Below, piece after piece: positions 8,169 to 15,957 of a stretch of 59,873 nucleotides of DNA; positions within the stretch are counted from its first letter, which is position 1; each line of letters begins with the position of its first letter. Where the stretch lies: positions 1 through 59,873 of the forward strand of contig JAEUKJ010000541.1 of NCBI GenBank assembly GCA_016792665.1, in the 5' to 3' direction. The notes below the pieces were generated by a model, which saw only the letters and a program-made list of their open reading frames with translations, made no database searches and was not told the DNA's origin. The stretch is from Deltaproteobacteria bacterium. Lineage in GTDB: Bacteria > Myxococcota_A > UBA9042 > PHBI01. A program made the position numbers and the translations under genes.

Positions 8169-9686
8169 TCACGGGGTGGGAGGGGCGCAGAATTTGACCT
8201 TGTCGATGACGCCGTTCAGGGCCGAGGTCAGCTCCGTCTCGGAGCCGGCCGGGATGAAGTTGCGGAGGCCGGAGCCGCCGTTGCGCGCGACGACGTCGAG
8301 CTCGCCCGCGGTGCTGCCGTAGGAGTAGCCGATGGCATAGGTGGTCACGCGGTGGTCGACGAAGAGGCCGCTGGTCGCCAGCGCCAGGAATGCCTGGATG
8401 CCGATCCCTTGGTTCCAGTAGCAGCTGTCCTCGCCGTCGGAGAGGACGATCATGCTGCCGCCGAGCGTGCCGAAGATGGCGTCGGCGGACTGGCGCATGG
8501 CCTCGATGCCGGCCGCGAGCGGGGTCGCGCCGATCGGCGGGTGATCGGCGAACCACTGGTCGAAGGCGTCGGCGTTGTCGGCGCCGAAGGGGATCTCCAA
8601 GGTCGAGGACACGTTGCAGTTGCCGTCCTGGACGTCGGGGAAGGACTTCAAGCCGAAGCGCAGGTCGGGGTTCGACTCGACGAGCTTCTTCACCGAGGCG
8701 CGCACCGATGCCCAGTGCGACCCCATCGAGCCCGAGTAGTCGACCAGTAGGAGGACGCGCGGCGAGCACGCATACGGGAAGCAGCGGCCGGCCGCGGTCT
8801 GGCCGGCGGGCTGCGGGTCTTCCAGGAGGCAGGCCTCGGCCTCGGGGCAGGTGAGGGTGCCGCTCCACGCCTTGCCGTCCGAGCTGCAGCGCCGGAAGGT
8901 CGTCTCCGAGAGGCACTGCACGAGGTCCGGCTCACACGCGCGGCACTCGCCGTCGGTGCAGGTCTCGTTGGCCTTGCACAAGGTGTCCTCTTGCCAGGTG
9001 ACCTCGCCCGAGGTGCAGCGCTGGCGGGCCTTGGACGCGTTGACGCAGGACTTCTCGAGGTCGCAGCGCTTGCAGCGCGTCTCGTCGCCACTGGCGTCGC
9101 AGCGATGATCGGGCGGGCACTGATAGGTCTCGGACCAGGCCGTCGCGTCCTCGGAGCAACGCCGATAGGACGAGGTGGACAGGCACTCGACCTCGTTCTC
9201 GGTGCACGCGCGGCAACGACCCTCGGCACAGAAGAGCGGGTCGGCGCAGGTCTGGACCTCGCCGTAGCCGCTGCCGTCGAAGGCGCACACCTGGTACTCG
9301 GAGAGGTTCAGACAGTTGAGGGTGTCGGGGGCGCAGATGGTCGCGCGGCAGAGGCCGGTCGACGGCTCGCACGCGGTCGCGCCGACGCACGCGGTGGTCT
9401 CGGCGTTGGCGTCGCCCGTGGCGTCGCAGAGGGCGGCGGTGCGTGGCGAGATGCAGTAGCGGCGGTTCGGGATGCAGAGGGCGCCCGGCGTCTCGGAGGT
9501 GTCGACCGTGTCGCGCGTGTCGCGTGCATCGCGCGTGTCGATGTCGCTCACGTCGAGGGTGTCGTCGCTGGTGTCCGCGGGCGCGCTCTCCTCGGAGCAG
9601 GCGAGCGAGGTCAGAGCGAGGGCGGCGACGCTCGCGCCGAGACGCGTGGCCAGGCGGACCGAAGGTGAAGTCGTGAGGTGTTTCAA
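8169..9686 (-). CDS. Cys-rich lipoprotein with a C-terminal von Willebrand factor A (VWA) domain
   Basis: ORF 8169..9686. The start codon is TTG, forming a TTGA overlap with the upstream stop. Lipobox is LALTSLAC, followed by a D/T/R acidic linker. Repeated Cx..C modules follow. The VWA MIDAS motif is LLLVDYSGSM, followed by ..MIVLSDGED. Confidence 0.8.
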   Translation of the reverse strand: MKHLTTSPSVRLATRLGASVAALALTSLACSEESAPADTSDDTLDVSDIDTRDARDTRDTVDTSETPGALCIPNRRYCISPRTAALCDATGDANAETTACVGATACEPSTGLCRATICAPDTLNCLNLSEYQVCAFDGSGYGEVQTCADPLFCAEGRCRACTENEVECLSTSSYRRCSEDATAWSETYQCPPDHRCDASGDETRCKRCDLEKSCVNASKARQRCTSGEVTWQEDTLCKANETCTDGECRACEPDLVQCLSETTFRRCSSDGKAWSGTLTCPEAEACLLEDPQPAGQTAAGRCFPYACSPRVLLLVDYSGSMGSHWASVRASVKKLVESNPDLRFGLKSFPDVQDGNCNVSSTLEIPFGADNADAFDQWFADHPPIGATPLAAGIEAMRQSADAIFGTLGGSMIVLSDGEDSCYWNQGIGIQAFLALATSGLFVDHRVTTYAIGYSYGSTAGELDVVARNGGSGLRNFIPAGSETELTSALNGVIDKVKFCAPPTP

Positions 9687-10621
9687 GGCGTCGCGAGCGT
9701 GGCGGCGAGAGAGAAGAGAAAGGCCTCCTGGCTCGGGGTCTCGATGGACCCTGGCCGCAGCGCTCGGATTCGAGCGATGGCCTGCGCTGCCGGTACGCCG
9801 TCCATGACCAGGCGCGCGGCGAGCATGGTACCCGTTCGGCCGAGCCCCGCAAAACAGTGAACGACGACCTTTCGTCCTTCGGCCTGCGCAGACCGGACGA
9901 GGGCGGTGAAGGTCCTGGCCTGGGAAGCGGTCGGCGGGGTCAGGTCGCGGATCGGCAGGTGGTAGGGGATCATGCCGTGGGCCGCGACGCGCGCGGCATC
10001 GGGCGCGGCCTCGGTGAGCGACACGAAGATGTCGAAGCCCAGGTGCTGGAGGTCGTCGAGGGCGGACTCGAGGACGGGGCCCTCGCCCGGGTGGGCCATG
10101 CCGGCCAGGCCGTCCTCGACCAGCGAGAAGTTGGCGAGGTGGGTCGGGACGAAGGCGTCGTCGTCCGGGTTGCCGGCCGTCGCGGCGGGGTCGTCCGGGA
10201 GGGGCTCGCTCGGGTCGTCGGGGTCGTCGGGCGCGCCGGGGTCGTGAGGGGCGTCGGGGTCGGTGGGGTCGACGGGGATCGGTCGGGGCCTGCCGGGGTC
10301 GTCGGGCGTCTCGGGCGTCTCGGGCTCGGGGTCGTCCGCGGTCGCGGCGTCGTGGCTCTCGAAGGCGACGGGCGGGCGCGGGACCGACGCGAAGGCCGCG
10401 CTGCGCACGGTGCGAGGGCGCTTCGGGGCAGGCGCGTCGAGTGTGCGGGGGTCGAGCTCGCGGGCGTCGAGAGCGTCGCGTGCGTCGCGGGCATCGAGAG
10501 CAAGGGCGCCGAGCGCGAGGGCCGGGGCATCGTCACAGACGTACCGCTCTTCGTAGGCGCAGGCCCCCGAGAGGAGCGCGAACGAGACGGTGACGGCGAT
10601 GCGGGCTCGCAAAAACAGCAT
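9683..10621 (-). CDS. Exported dual-specificity / tyrosine phosphatase-like protein (CX5R)
   Basis: Signal peptide with lipobox (FALLSGAC), then a long Pro/Asp linker. The C-terminal phosphatase domain carries VVVHCFAGLGRTG, which fits HCxxGxxR(S/T)G. Confidence 0.8.
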   Translation of the reverse strand: MLFLRARIAVTVSFALLSGACAYEERYVCDDAPALALGALALDARDARDALDARELDPRTLDAPAPKRPRTVRSAAFASVPRPPVAFESHDAATADDPEPETPETPDDPGRPRPIPVDPTDPDAPHDPGAPDDPDDPSEPLPDDPAATAGNPDDDAFVPTHLANFSLVEDGLAGMAHPGEGPVLESALDDLQHLGFDIFVSLTEAAPDAARVAAHGMIPYHLPIRDLTPPTASQARTFTALVRSAQAEGRKVVVHCFAGLGRTGTMLAARLVMDGVPAAQAIARIRALRPGSIETPSQEAFLFSLAATLATP

Positions 10622-10681
10622 CTGCCTGCGAGGTTAGCCCACTTCGATCGGCGTGGATACGGCGCCCCATTAATCGTCGGG

Positions 10682-11458
10682 TCAAGCGCCGCGGAGGCCG
10701 ATCCGCGCTGCGAGGGCGGCAAGCGCGAGCGCAAGTCCGAGGAGCGAAAACGGGCTCGCGGTGCACCCATCGGAGTCACCCGCATCGCCAACGATGCCCG
10801 AGCAATCGGGTCGGCAGGCACCGATGACCGTCTCCGAGCTGAGCTCGGCCGTGTCGCAGACCTCGTACCTGGCATCGACGACGCGGTCCCCGCAGATCGG
10901 CGTGACGATCTCGAAGGAGAGGTCGTCGAGCAGCAGGCCGCCTGAGCCGGTGCCCGCGGAGTCGTTCAAGAGGACGACGAAGCGCGCGTTGGCGGTCTCG
11001 AGGGGGGCGTCGACGACGACGAAAGCGGTCGACCAGGCGTCGCTGGTGGGCTGGTGGTCGGCGGTCGCGAAGACGTAGTCGGCGTCGAGGAAGTTGTTGC
11101 CGTCGCCGTCGAAGAGCTCGACGCGCAGCGTGGCTTTGGCGGCCCCGGTCAAGGCCTCGCCTCCTGGGATCGCGAAGGCGAGCTCGGCGCGAAGGCGCGC
11201 GGGAGGGGAGTTCGGGGAGGTCAACGCGACGTCCTGATAGAGGCCGGCGTCGTCGTTCGAGACGTTCGCGGGGTCGAGGCCCAGGTGCGCGACCTTCGAG
11301 CCGTGCCCGGCCACGGTCGTGACCTCGGAGGTGTGGCCCCAGTGTCCATCCCAGGCGGTGAAGTCACCTTCCTCGAAGTCGCCGTTATCGAGGGCGAGAG
11401 GGCCAGTGTAGATCGGCGATGCGAGGACCGCGGAGGCCAACAGTGTCAGCACGTTCAT
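10682..11458 (-). CDS. Secreted jelly-roll (CBM-like) protein with one cysteine-rich repeat and a C-terminal sorting tail
   Basis: Signal peptide MNVLTLLASAVLA. The N-terminal motif NGDFEEGDFTAWDG is typical of CBM4_9-like domains. This is followed by ICGDRVVDARYEVCD..CRPDC and the tail DGCTASPFSLLGLALALAALAARIGLRGA. Confidence 0.75.
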   Translation of the reverse strand: MNVLTLLASAVLASPIYTGPLALDNGDFEEGDFTAWDGHWGHTSEVTTVAGHGSKVAHLGLDPANVSNDDAGLYQDVALTSPNSPPARLRAELAFAIPGGEALTGAAKATLRVELFDGDGNNFLDADYVFATADHQPTSDAWSTAFVVVDAPLETANARFVVLLNDSAGTGSGGLLLDDLSFEIVTPICGDRVVDARYEVCDTAELSSETVIGACRPDCSGIVGDAGDSDGCTASPFSLLGLALALAALAARIGLRGA

Positions 11459-11488
11459 GAGGATCGGCTAGCACGTGCGACCTGGCGG

Positions 11489-11519
11489 AGCCAGGCTGAG
11501 GACCGCCGAAGGCCTGGCT
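11489..11519 (-). terminator. Candidate stem-loop terminator downstream of the kinase gene
   Basis: agccaggc..(15 nt)..gcctggct forms an 8-bp GC-rich stem, about 37 nt after the kinase stop codon. There is no U-tract, which is usual for high-GC genomes. Confidence 0.35.
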
Positions 11520-11555
11520 GAGCCGAGCTGCCCAACGGCCGGCCCAACGGCTTGA

Positions 11556-12845
11556 TCAGGGTGTCGTCTCTGCGCCCGCGTCAGGGTCCAGGCGCTCGAG
11601 GCCCGGGGGTGCGCGTTCGACCTTGGGGCGCGAGGGCTTGATGAGCAGGAAGGCGACGAGGCCGCCCAGCACCATGAGGACCGCTGCGGCCGACCAGATC
11701 CAGGCCGGGTTCGTCCCGCGCGGCCCGACCGCCTGGGCGAGGTTCACGGTCGAGCGCGGCTGCGGGCCGTCGTAGGTCGCGGTCGGCTCGCGCCCGGGCA
11801 GCGACGAGACCAGCGGCGAGCGCCCCCCTTGCGGCGTCGCGAGGCCCGATGCGCCCGGGCTCGGGGTCTTCGGTGGGGTCGGCCACGACGGGGACGTCTC
11901 GCTGCGCGAGGCCCCTTTCTGCGGCGGCGGGAAGCGAGCCTCGGCCCAGCGCTGCGCATCGGTTTCGAGCTGGCCGAGCCACGTCGCGACCTGGCTCGCG
12001 TCCTGCGGACGCTTCTCGGGGTTCTTCGTGAGGAGGGCCGTGACGAGCCCGCGCCAGGCCTCGGCCAGGGGCTCGGGGTAGCCGGGCAGGACGAGCGGCG
12101 GCGGCGGCTCGTTGATGTGCGCGATGGCGAGCGCCATGTTCGAGTCGGCCGAGAACGGGGTCACGCCGGTCAACATCTCGTACAAGATGACGCCCAGGGC
12201 GTAGAGGTCGGCGGCCGGCCCGACCTTCTTCGCCATCGCCTGCTCGGGGGGCATGTAGCGCGGCGTGCCGATCATCATGCCGGTGCGGGTCATCGAGTCG
12301 CTGGCGGTGACGAGGCGCGCGATGCCGAAGTCCATGACCTTCGTGAAGTCAGGGTCGCCGTGGTAGTTGCAGATGAAGACGTTGTCGGGCTTCAGGTCGC
12401 GATGGACGATGCCGAGCTGGTGGGCCTCGGCCAGGGACTTGGCGATCTGCTTGCCGATGGCGGCGACGCGCTCGGGTGCGAGCGGCGCCTCGCGACCGAT
12501 GAGGCGCGCGAGAGGGACCCCTTCGAGCAGCTCCAGCACCATGAAGAGGACGCCCTGGGTCTCGCCGAAGTCGATGACCTGGACGGTGTTGGGGTGGCGG
12601 AGACGCGAGGTCGCGACGGCCTCGCGGCGGAAGCGCTCGACGAGCTGGTGCTCGGAGACGCCAGCGACGGGGCGCAGCACCTTGACCGCGACGGGGCGCG
12701 ACACGGCGAGCTGGGTCGCGCGGTAGACGGCGCCCATGCCGCCCACGCCGATCAGCTTGTCGAGGTGATACTTGTCGGCCAGCACCGCGCCGATGAGCGG
12801 GTCACGAGCGGATTCGGGCGCGGGGGGACGGGAGGGGAACGCCAT
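11556..12845 (-). CDS. Ser/Thr protein kinase with a C-terminal transmembrane segment
   Basis: ORF 11556..12884, whose first codon is TTG. I prefer the internal ATG at 12845 (MAFPSRPP). Hanks kinase motifs present: GVGGMGAVY, VAVKVL, HRDLKPDNVF, DFG, GTPRYMPPE. A TM helix (AAAVLMVLGGLVAFLLI) lies near the C-terminus. Confidence 0.9.
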   Translation of the reverse strand: MAFPSRPPAPESARDPLIGAVLADKYHLDKLIGVGGMGAVYRATQLAVSRPVAVKVLRPVAGVSEHQLVERFRREAVATSRLRHPNTVQVIDFGETQGVLFMVLELLEGVPLARLIGREAPLAPERVAAIGKQIAKSLAEAHQLGIVHRDLKPDNVFICNYHGDPDFTKVMDFGIARLVTASDSMTRTGMMIGTPRYMPPEQAMAKKVGPAADLYALGVILYEMLTGVTPFSADSNMALAIAHINEPPPPLVLPGYPEPLAEAWRGLVTALLTKNPEKRPQDASQVATWLGQLETDAQRWAEARFPPPQKGASRSETSPSWPTPPKTPSPGASGLATPQGGRSPLVSSLPGREPTATYDGPQPRSTVNLAQAVGPRGTNPAWIWSAAAVLMVLGGLVAFLLIKPSRPKVERAPPGLERLDPDAGAETTP

Positions 12846-12936
12846 CGGCGTCGAGAGGATCGGGCCAATCGGCGCGGCTGGCAAGCATGTCGATGCGGTT
12901 GGGGCGTGTGTCGAAGCCGTGCGGTCCGTGTCGCCC

Positions 12937-14406
12937 TCAGCCGCGGGCGGGGAGGCCGAAGCGCACGCGTCCGACCTCGAGGTCGACCTCGCTCTCGGCG
13001 GTGAGGGTCAGGCAGTCGCCGGGCTCGATGACGGTCCGTCCGTCGGGGACGATGAAGCGGCCGTCGGCGCGCTCGATGAGGGTGACCCAGAGGCCGTGGG
13101 GAAGGTGTTGCGAGAGGAGCGTCGTGCCGAGCGCCGGCGAGCGCGCGTCGACCTGGATCTCGCAGCGATGACGCCGGGCGCGGAAGGCTGGGTGCTCGGG
13201 CGGGACGCCCTCGTCCGGGGGCCGCACGAGGCCGAGGCGGTGGGCGAGCCAGGGCATCGACCACCCTTGGACGAGCACCGAGGTCAGGGAGATGAAGAAG
13301 ACCAGGTTGAAGACCAGGCGCCCCACCGGCAGGCCGCTCATGAGGGGGTAGGTCGCGAACACGATGGGGACGGCGCCGCGGAGGCCGGCCCAGGCGATGA
13401 AGACGCGCTCGACGCGCGCGAAGCGGAACGGCAGGAGGGACAGGCCGACGGCGATGGGGCGCACGACGAAGACGAGCATTGCGGACAGGGCGAGGCCGGG
13501 GACGAGGACCTCGCCGAGCTGGCTCGGGAAGACGAGGAGGCCGAGGGCCAGGAAGAGGACGGCCTGCATCAACCACGCGAGCCCATCGAAGAAGTGAACG
13601 AGGGTCTGCTTGCGGATGAGGTCCGAGTTGCCGAGCACGAGGCCGACCAGGTAGACGGCGAGGAAGCCATTGCCGCCGGCGTGGTCCGTCAAGGTGTAGG
13701 CGAGCCCGGCGAGGCCGATGCACAAGACCGGATAGAGGCCTTCGACCTCGAGGCGGAGGCGGTTCAGGAGCCAGGCCGAGACCTTGCCGAAGGCCCAGCC
13801 CATCGCGCCGCCGAGCGCGAGCTGCAGGGCGACCCTGCCGATGGCCGGGGCGAGGTCGAGGTGCTTGGCTGCGACCGCGGCGGTGAAGGTCACGGTCATG
13901 AGGTAGGCGAGGGGATCGTTGGTGCCGCTCTCGACCTCGAGGGTGGCAGCGACGCGGCCCTTCAGCTCGAGGCGCTGCGCCTTGAGCTGGCCGAAGACGG
14001 CGGCGGCGTCGGTGGACGCGACGACGGCTCCGATGAGGATGCCTTCGAGGGGGGAGATGGGGAGGACGAGCCAGGCCCCGAGGCCGAGGAGCAGCATGGT
14101 GGCGAGGACGCCGACCGTGGCCAGGGTGAGGCCCGGGCCGAAGGCCGGGCGCACGACGTCGAAGCGCGTATCGAGCCCACCCGAGAAGAGGATGGCGATG
14201 AGCGCGATGACGCCGATGAACTGCGCGGCGGCAGGGTCATCGAAGGGGATGCCGCCGAATGACTCCGAGCCTGCGAGCATCCCGACAGCCACGAAGAGGA
14301 TGAGGGTCGGGATGCCGAAGCGCGCGCTGGCCTTGCTCGCGATGACGCAGAGCGTGAGGAGCAACGAGCCCCAGAGGAGGACGTCTTCAGGGGTGAGGTG
14401 CGTCAT
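12937..14406 (-). CDS. K+/H+ (CPA1, NhaP2/CvrA-like) antiporter with a C-terminal TrkA-C domain
   Basis: Polytopic membrane protein. It contains the motif ..VESGTNDPLAYLM.. and a soluble C-terminal roughly 80-aa domain (..IVPDGRTVIEPGDCLTL..). Confidence 0.85.
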   Translation of the reverse strand: MTHLTPEDVLLWGSLLLTLCVIASKASARFGIPTLILFVAVGMLAGSESFGGIPFDDPAAAQFIGVIALIAILFSGGLDTRFDVVRPAFGPGLTLATVGVLATMLLLGLGAWLVLPISPLEGILIGAVVASTDAAAVFGQLKAQRLELKGRVAATLEVESGTNDPLAYLMTVTFTAAVAAKHLDLAPAIGRVALQLALGGAMGWAFGKVSAWLLNRLRLEVEGLYPVLCIGLAGLAYTLTDHAGGNGFLAVYLVGLVLGNSDLIRKQTLVHFFDGLAWLMQAVLFLALGLLVFPSQLGEVLVPGLALSAMLVFVVRPIAVGLSLLPFRFARVERVFIAWAGLRGAVPIVFATYPLMSGLPVGRLVFNLVFFISLTSVLVQGWSMPWLAHRLGLVRPPDEGVPPEHPAFRARRHRCEIQVDARSPALGTTLLSQHLPHGLWVTLIERADGRFIVPDGRTVIEPGDCLTLTAESEVDLEVGRVRFGLPARG

Positions 14407-14545
14407 CGGGAGACCTCAGGTGGGCGCGAGCGGGCCGAGGTCAAGGCGTGGTGAAAGATTTCGCACAGTGCCTCGCGGAGCGAGGCTGGCGGCGAGTGCA
14501 ATCCTCGTCCGAGAGGCCGGGGTCGTGTGCGCGCCGGTCGCGCGA

Positions 14546-15274
14546 TCATGCCTCGTGCGGGTGGAACGCGCCCGGCCGCCCTGCCTCACGCATGAGCGCG
14601 TCGTACCACTCGGCCATCGACTGCCCCGAGCGCGTACTGGGCAGGCGCACGCCGAGCACCTGTGCCGCGACGATGCCCGCGTAGGCGATGGCGCGCGCGC
14701 GCTCGTCGAAGCCCTGGCCGTAGCGCATCGCCTCCAGGGCTTCGCGGACGCGGCGGCCGAGGAGCTCTTCCAGGCGGTGCGGGATGGTCGGTGCGGCGAA
14801 GGCCTCGGGCAGCGAGTCGAAGTGGGTGGTGAGCTCGATGGGGCCGCCCTGGGTCGGGTCGGCGGAGGCCGGGGTCTCGGCGTAGGCGCGCGCGAGCTCC
14901 TTGCGCTTCTTGCGGTCGAGGATGCGCACGATCTCGTCGAGCTCGAAGGGCTTGTGCAAGAGCTCGAGCCCGGCCGCGTCGGCCAGGCGGTGGAGGCGCG
15001 GGTCGGGGTCGCCCGTCATGAGGGCGACCTCCATGTGGGGGTTGTTCCGGTGCAGGTACTCGCCGAGGACGAGCCCCTCCATCCCGGGGAGGCGGTGGTC
15101 GAGGATGGCGACGTCGAAGACGTGATAGGGCAGGAGCTCGAGGCCGGCCTCGGCGGAGCCGACGGCGACCGACTGGTGGCCCTCGGACAGGACGACGCGG
15201 CTCACGAGGTCGCGGATCTGCGGGTCGTCGTCGATGACGAGCACCGTCAGGAACCCCTGGTCACGATAAGGCAT
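14546..15274 (-). CDS. Response-regulator receiver protein with an uncharacterised C-terminal domain
   Basis: ORF 14546..15301 has a GTG first codon. ATG at 15274 gives MPYRDQGFLTVLVIDDD. REC residues are present: DD, D in VAILDHRLPGM, and K in LHKPF. No recognisable DNA-binding output domain. Confidence 0.8.
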   Translation of the reverse strand: MPYRDQGFLTVLVIDDDPQIRDLVSRVVLSEGHQSVAVGSAEAGLELLPYHVFDVAILDHRLPGMEGLVLGEYLHRNNPHMEVALMTGDPDPRLHRLADAAGLELLHKPFELDEIVRILDRKKRKELARAYAETPASADPTQGGPIELTTHFDSLPEAFAAPTIPHRLEELLGRRVREALEAMRYGQGFDERARAIAYAGIVAAQVLGVRLPSTRSGQSMAEWYDALMREAGRPGAFHPHEA

Positions 15275-15366
15275 GTGCCCGGAGGTTAGCAGATTTCCCA
15301 CCCGGCGCCAGTCGCGTTAGGATCGCGGCACGATCCCCTGACCTCCTCACCAGGACCGAGCCGAGC

Positions 15367-15828
15367 ATGGGCAGTTCAACGGACGCACGCGACCCGAGCC
15401 AGAAGATCCAGCGCCCCGGCGACCGACCGCGGCGCCGGAAGTCCCTCGACACGGCGGTCGAGAACCACGTGGCCGAGCTGGCCGCGCTGGCCGAGCTCAT
15501 GCTGGCGGCGGCTTGGTCCGACGGCGACAAGCACGCCGTCGAGATCGTCGCCATCGCCGAGCAGTTGAAAGAGTTCGTCGACGCGCCGACCCTGCCCGAC
15601 CACGTGAGCCAGCGCATGGAACGCTTCGACCCGGAGCGCTTCGACCTCGCGGCCACCGTGGCTCAGCTGCATTGTGAGACCCAGGGCGACAAGATCGGCG
15701 TGCTGACGCTGCTGGCGCGCGTGACCGGCGCCGATCGGGTCATGCACCCGAGCGAGGTCGAGTTCCTCGACCGCGTCGCCATCGTGATGGGCCTCGACCC
15801 TTCGACGTTGTCGATCGACTTCACCTGA
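15367..15828 (+). CDS. TerB-like (tellurite-resistance TerB family) domain protein
   Basis: Two half-motifs typical of TerB: LMLAAAWSDGDKHAVE and LLARVTGADRVMHPSEVEFLDRVAIVMGL. Confidence 0.6.
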   Translation: MGSSTDARDPSQKIQRPGDRPRRRKSLDTAVENHVAELAALAELMLAAAWSDGDKHAVEIVAIAEQLKEFVDAPTLPDHVSQRMERFDPERFDLAATVAQLHCETQGDKIGVLTLLARVTGADRVMHPSEVEFLDRVAIVMGLDPSTLSIDFT

Positions 15829-15911
15829 TCGCGCTCGGGGGAGGCAAGCCTCTCCCCGACGGTCGTGCGTGTTCGGGAGAGGCAAGCCTCGCGCACAGCC
15901 ACAGCATGGGC

Positions 15912-15957
15912 GAGGTGCCCTTACTGGGTGACCTGAGGTGCCCTCACTGGGTGACGT
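15912..15957 (+). repeat. 23-bp tandem duplication spanning the 3' end of the POT transporter gene
   Basis: gaggtgcccttactgggtgacct / gaggtgccctcactgggtgacgt. The second copy contains the real stop codon (TGA, minus strand). The first copy carries TAA at the equivalent place. Confidence 0.85.
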
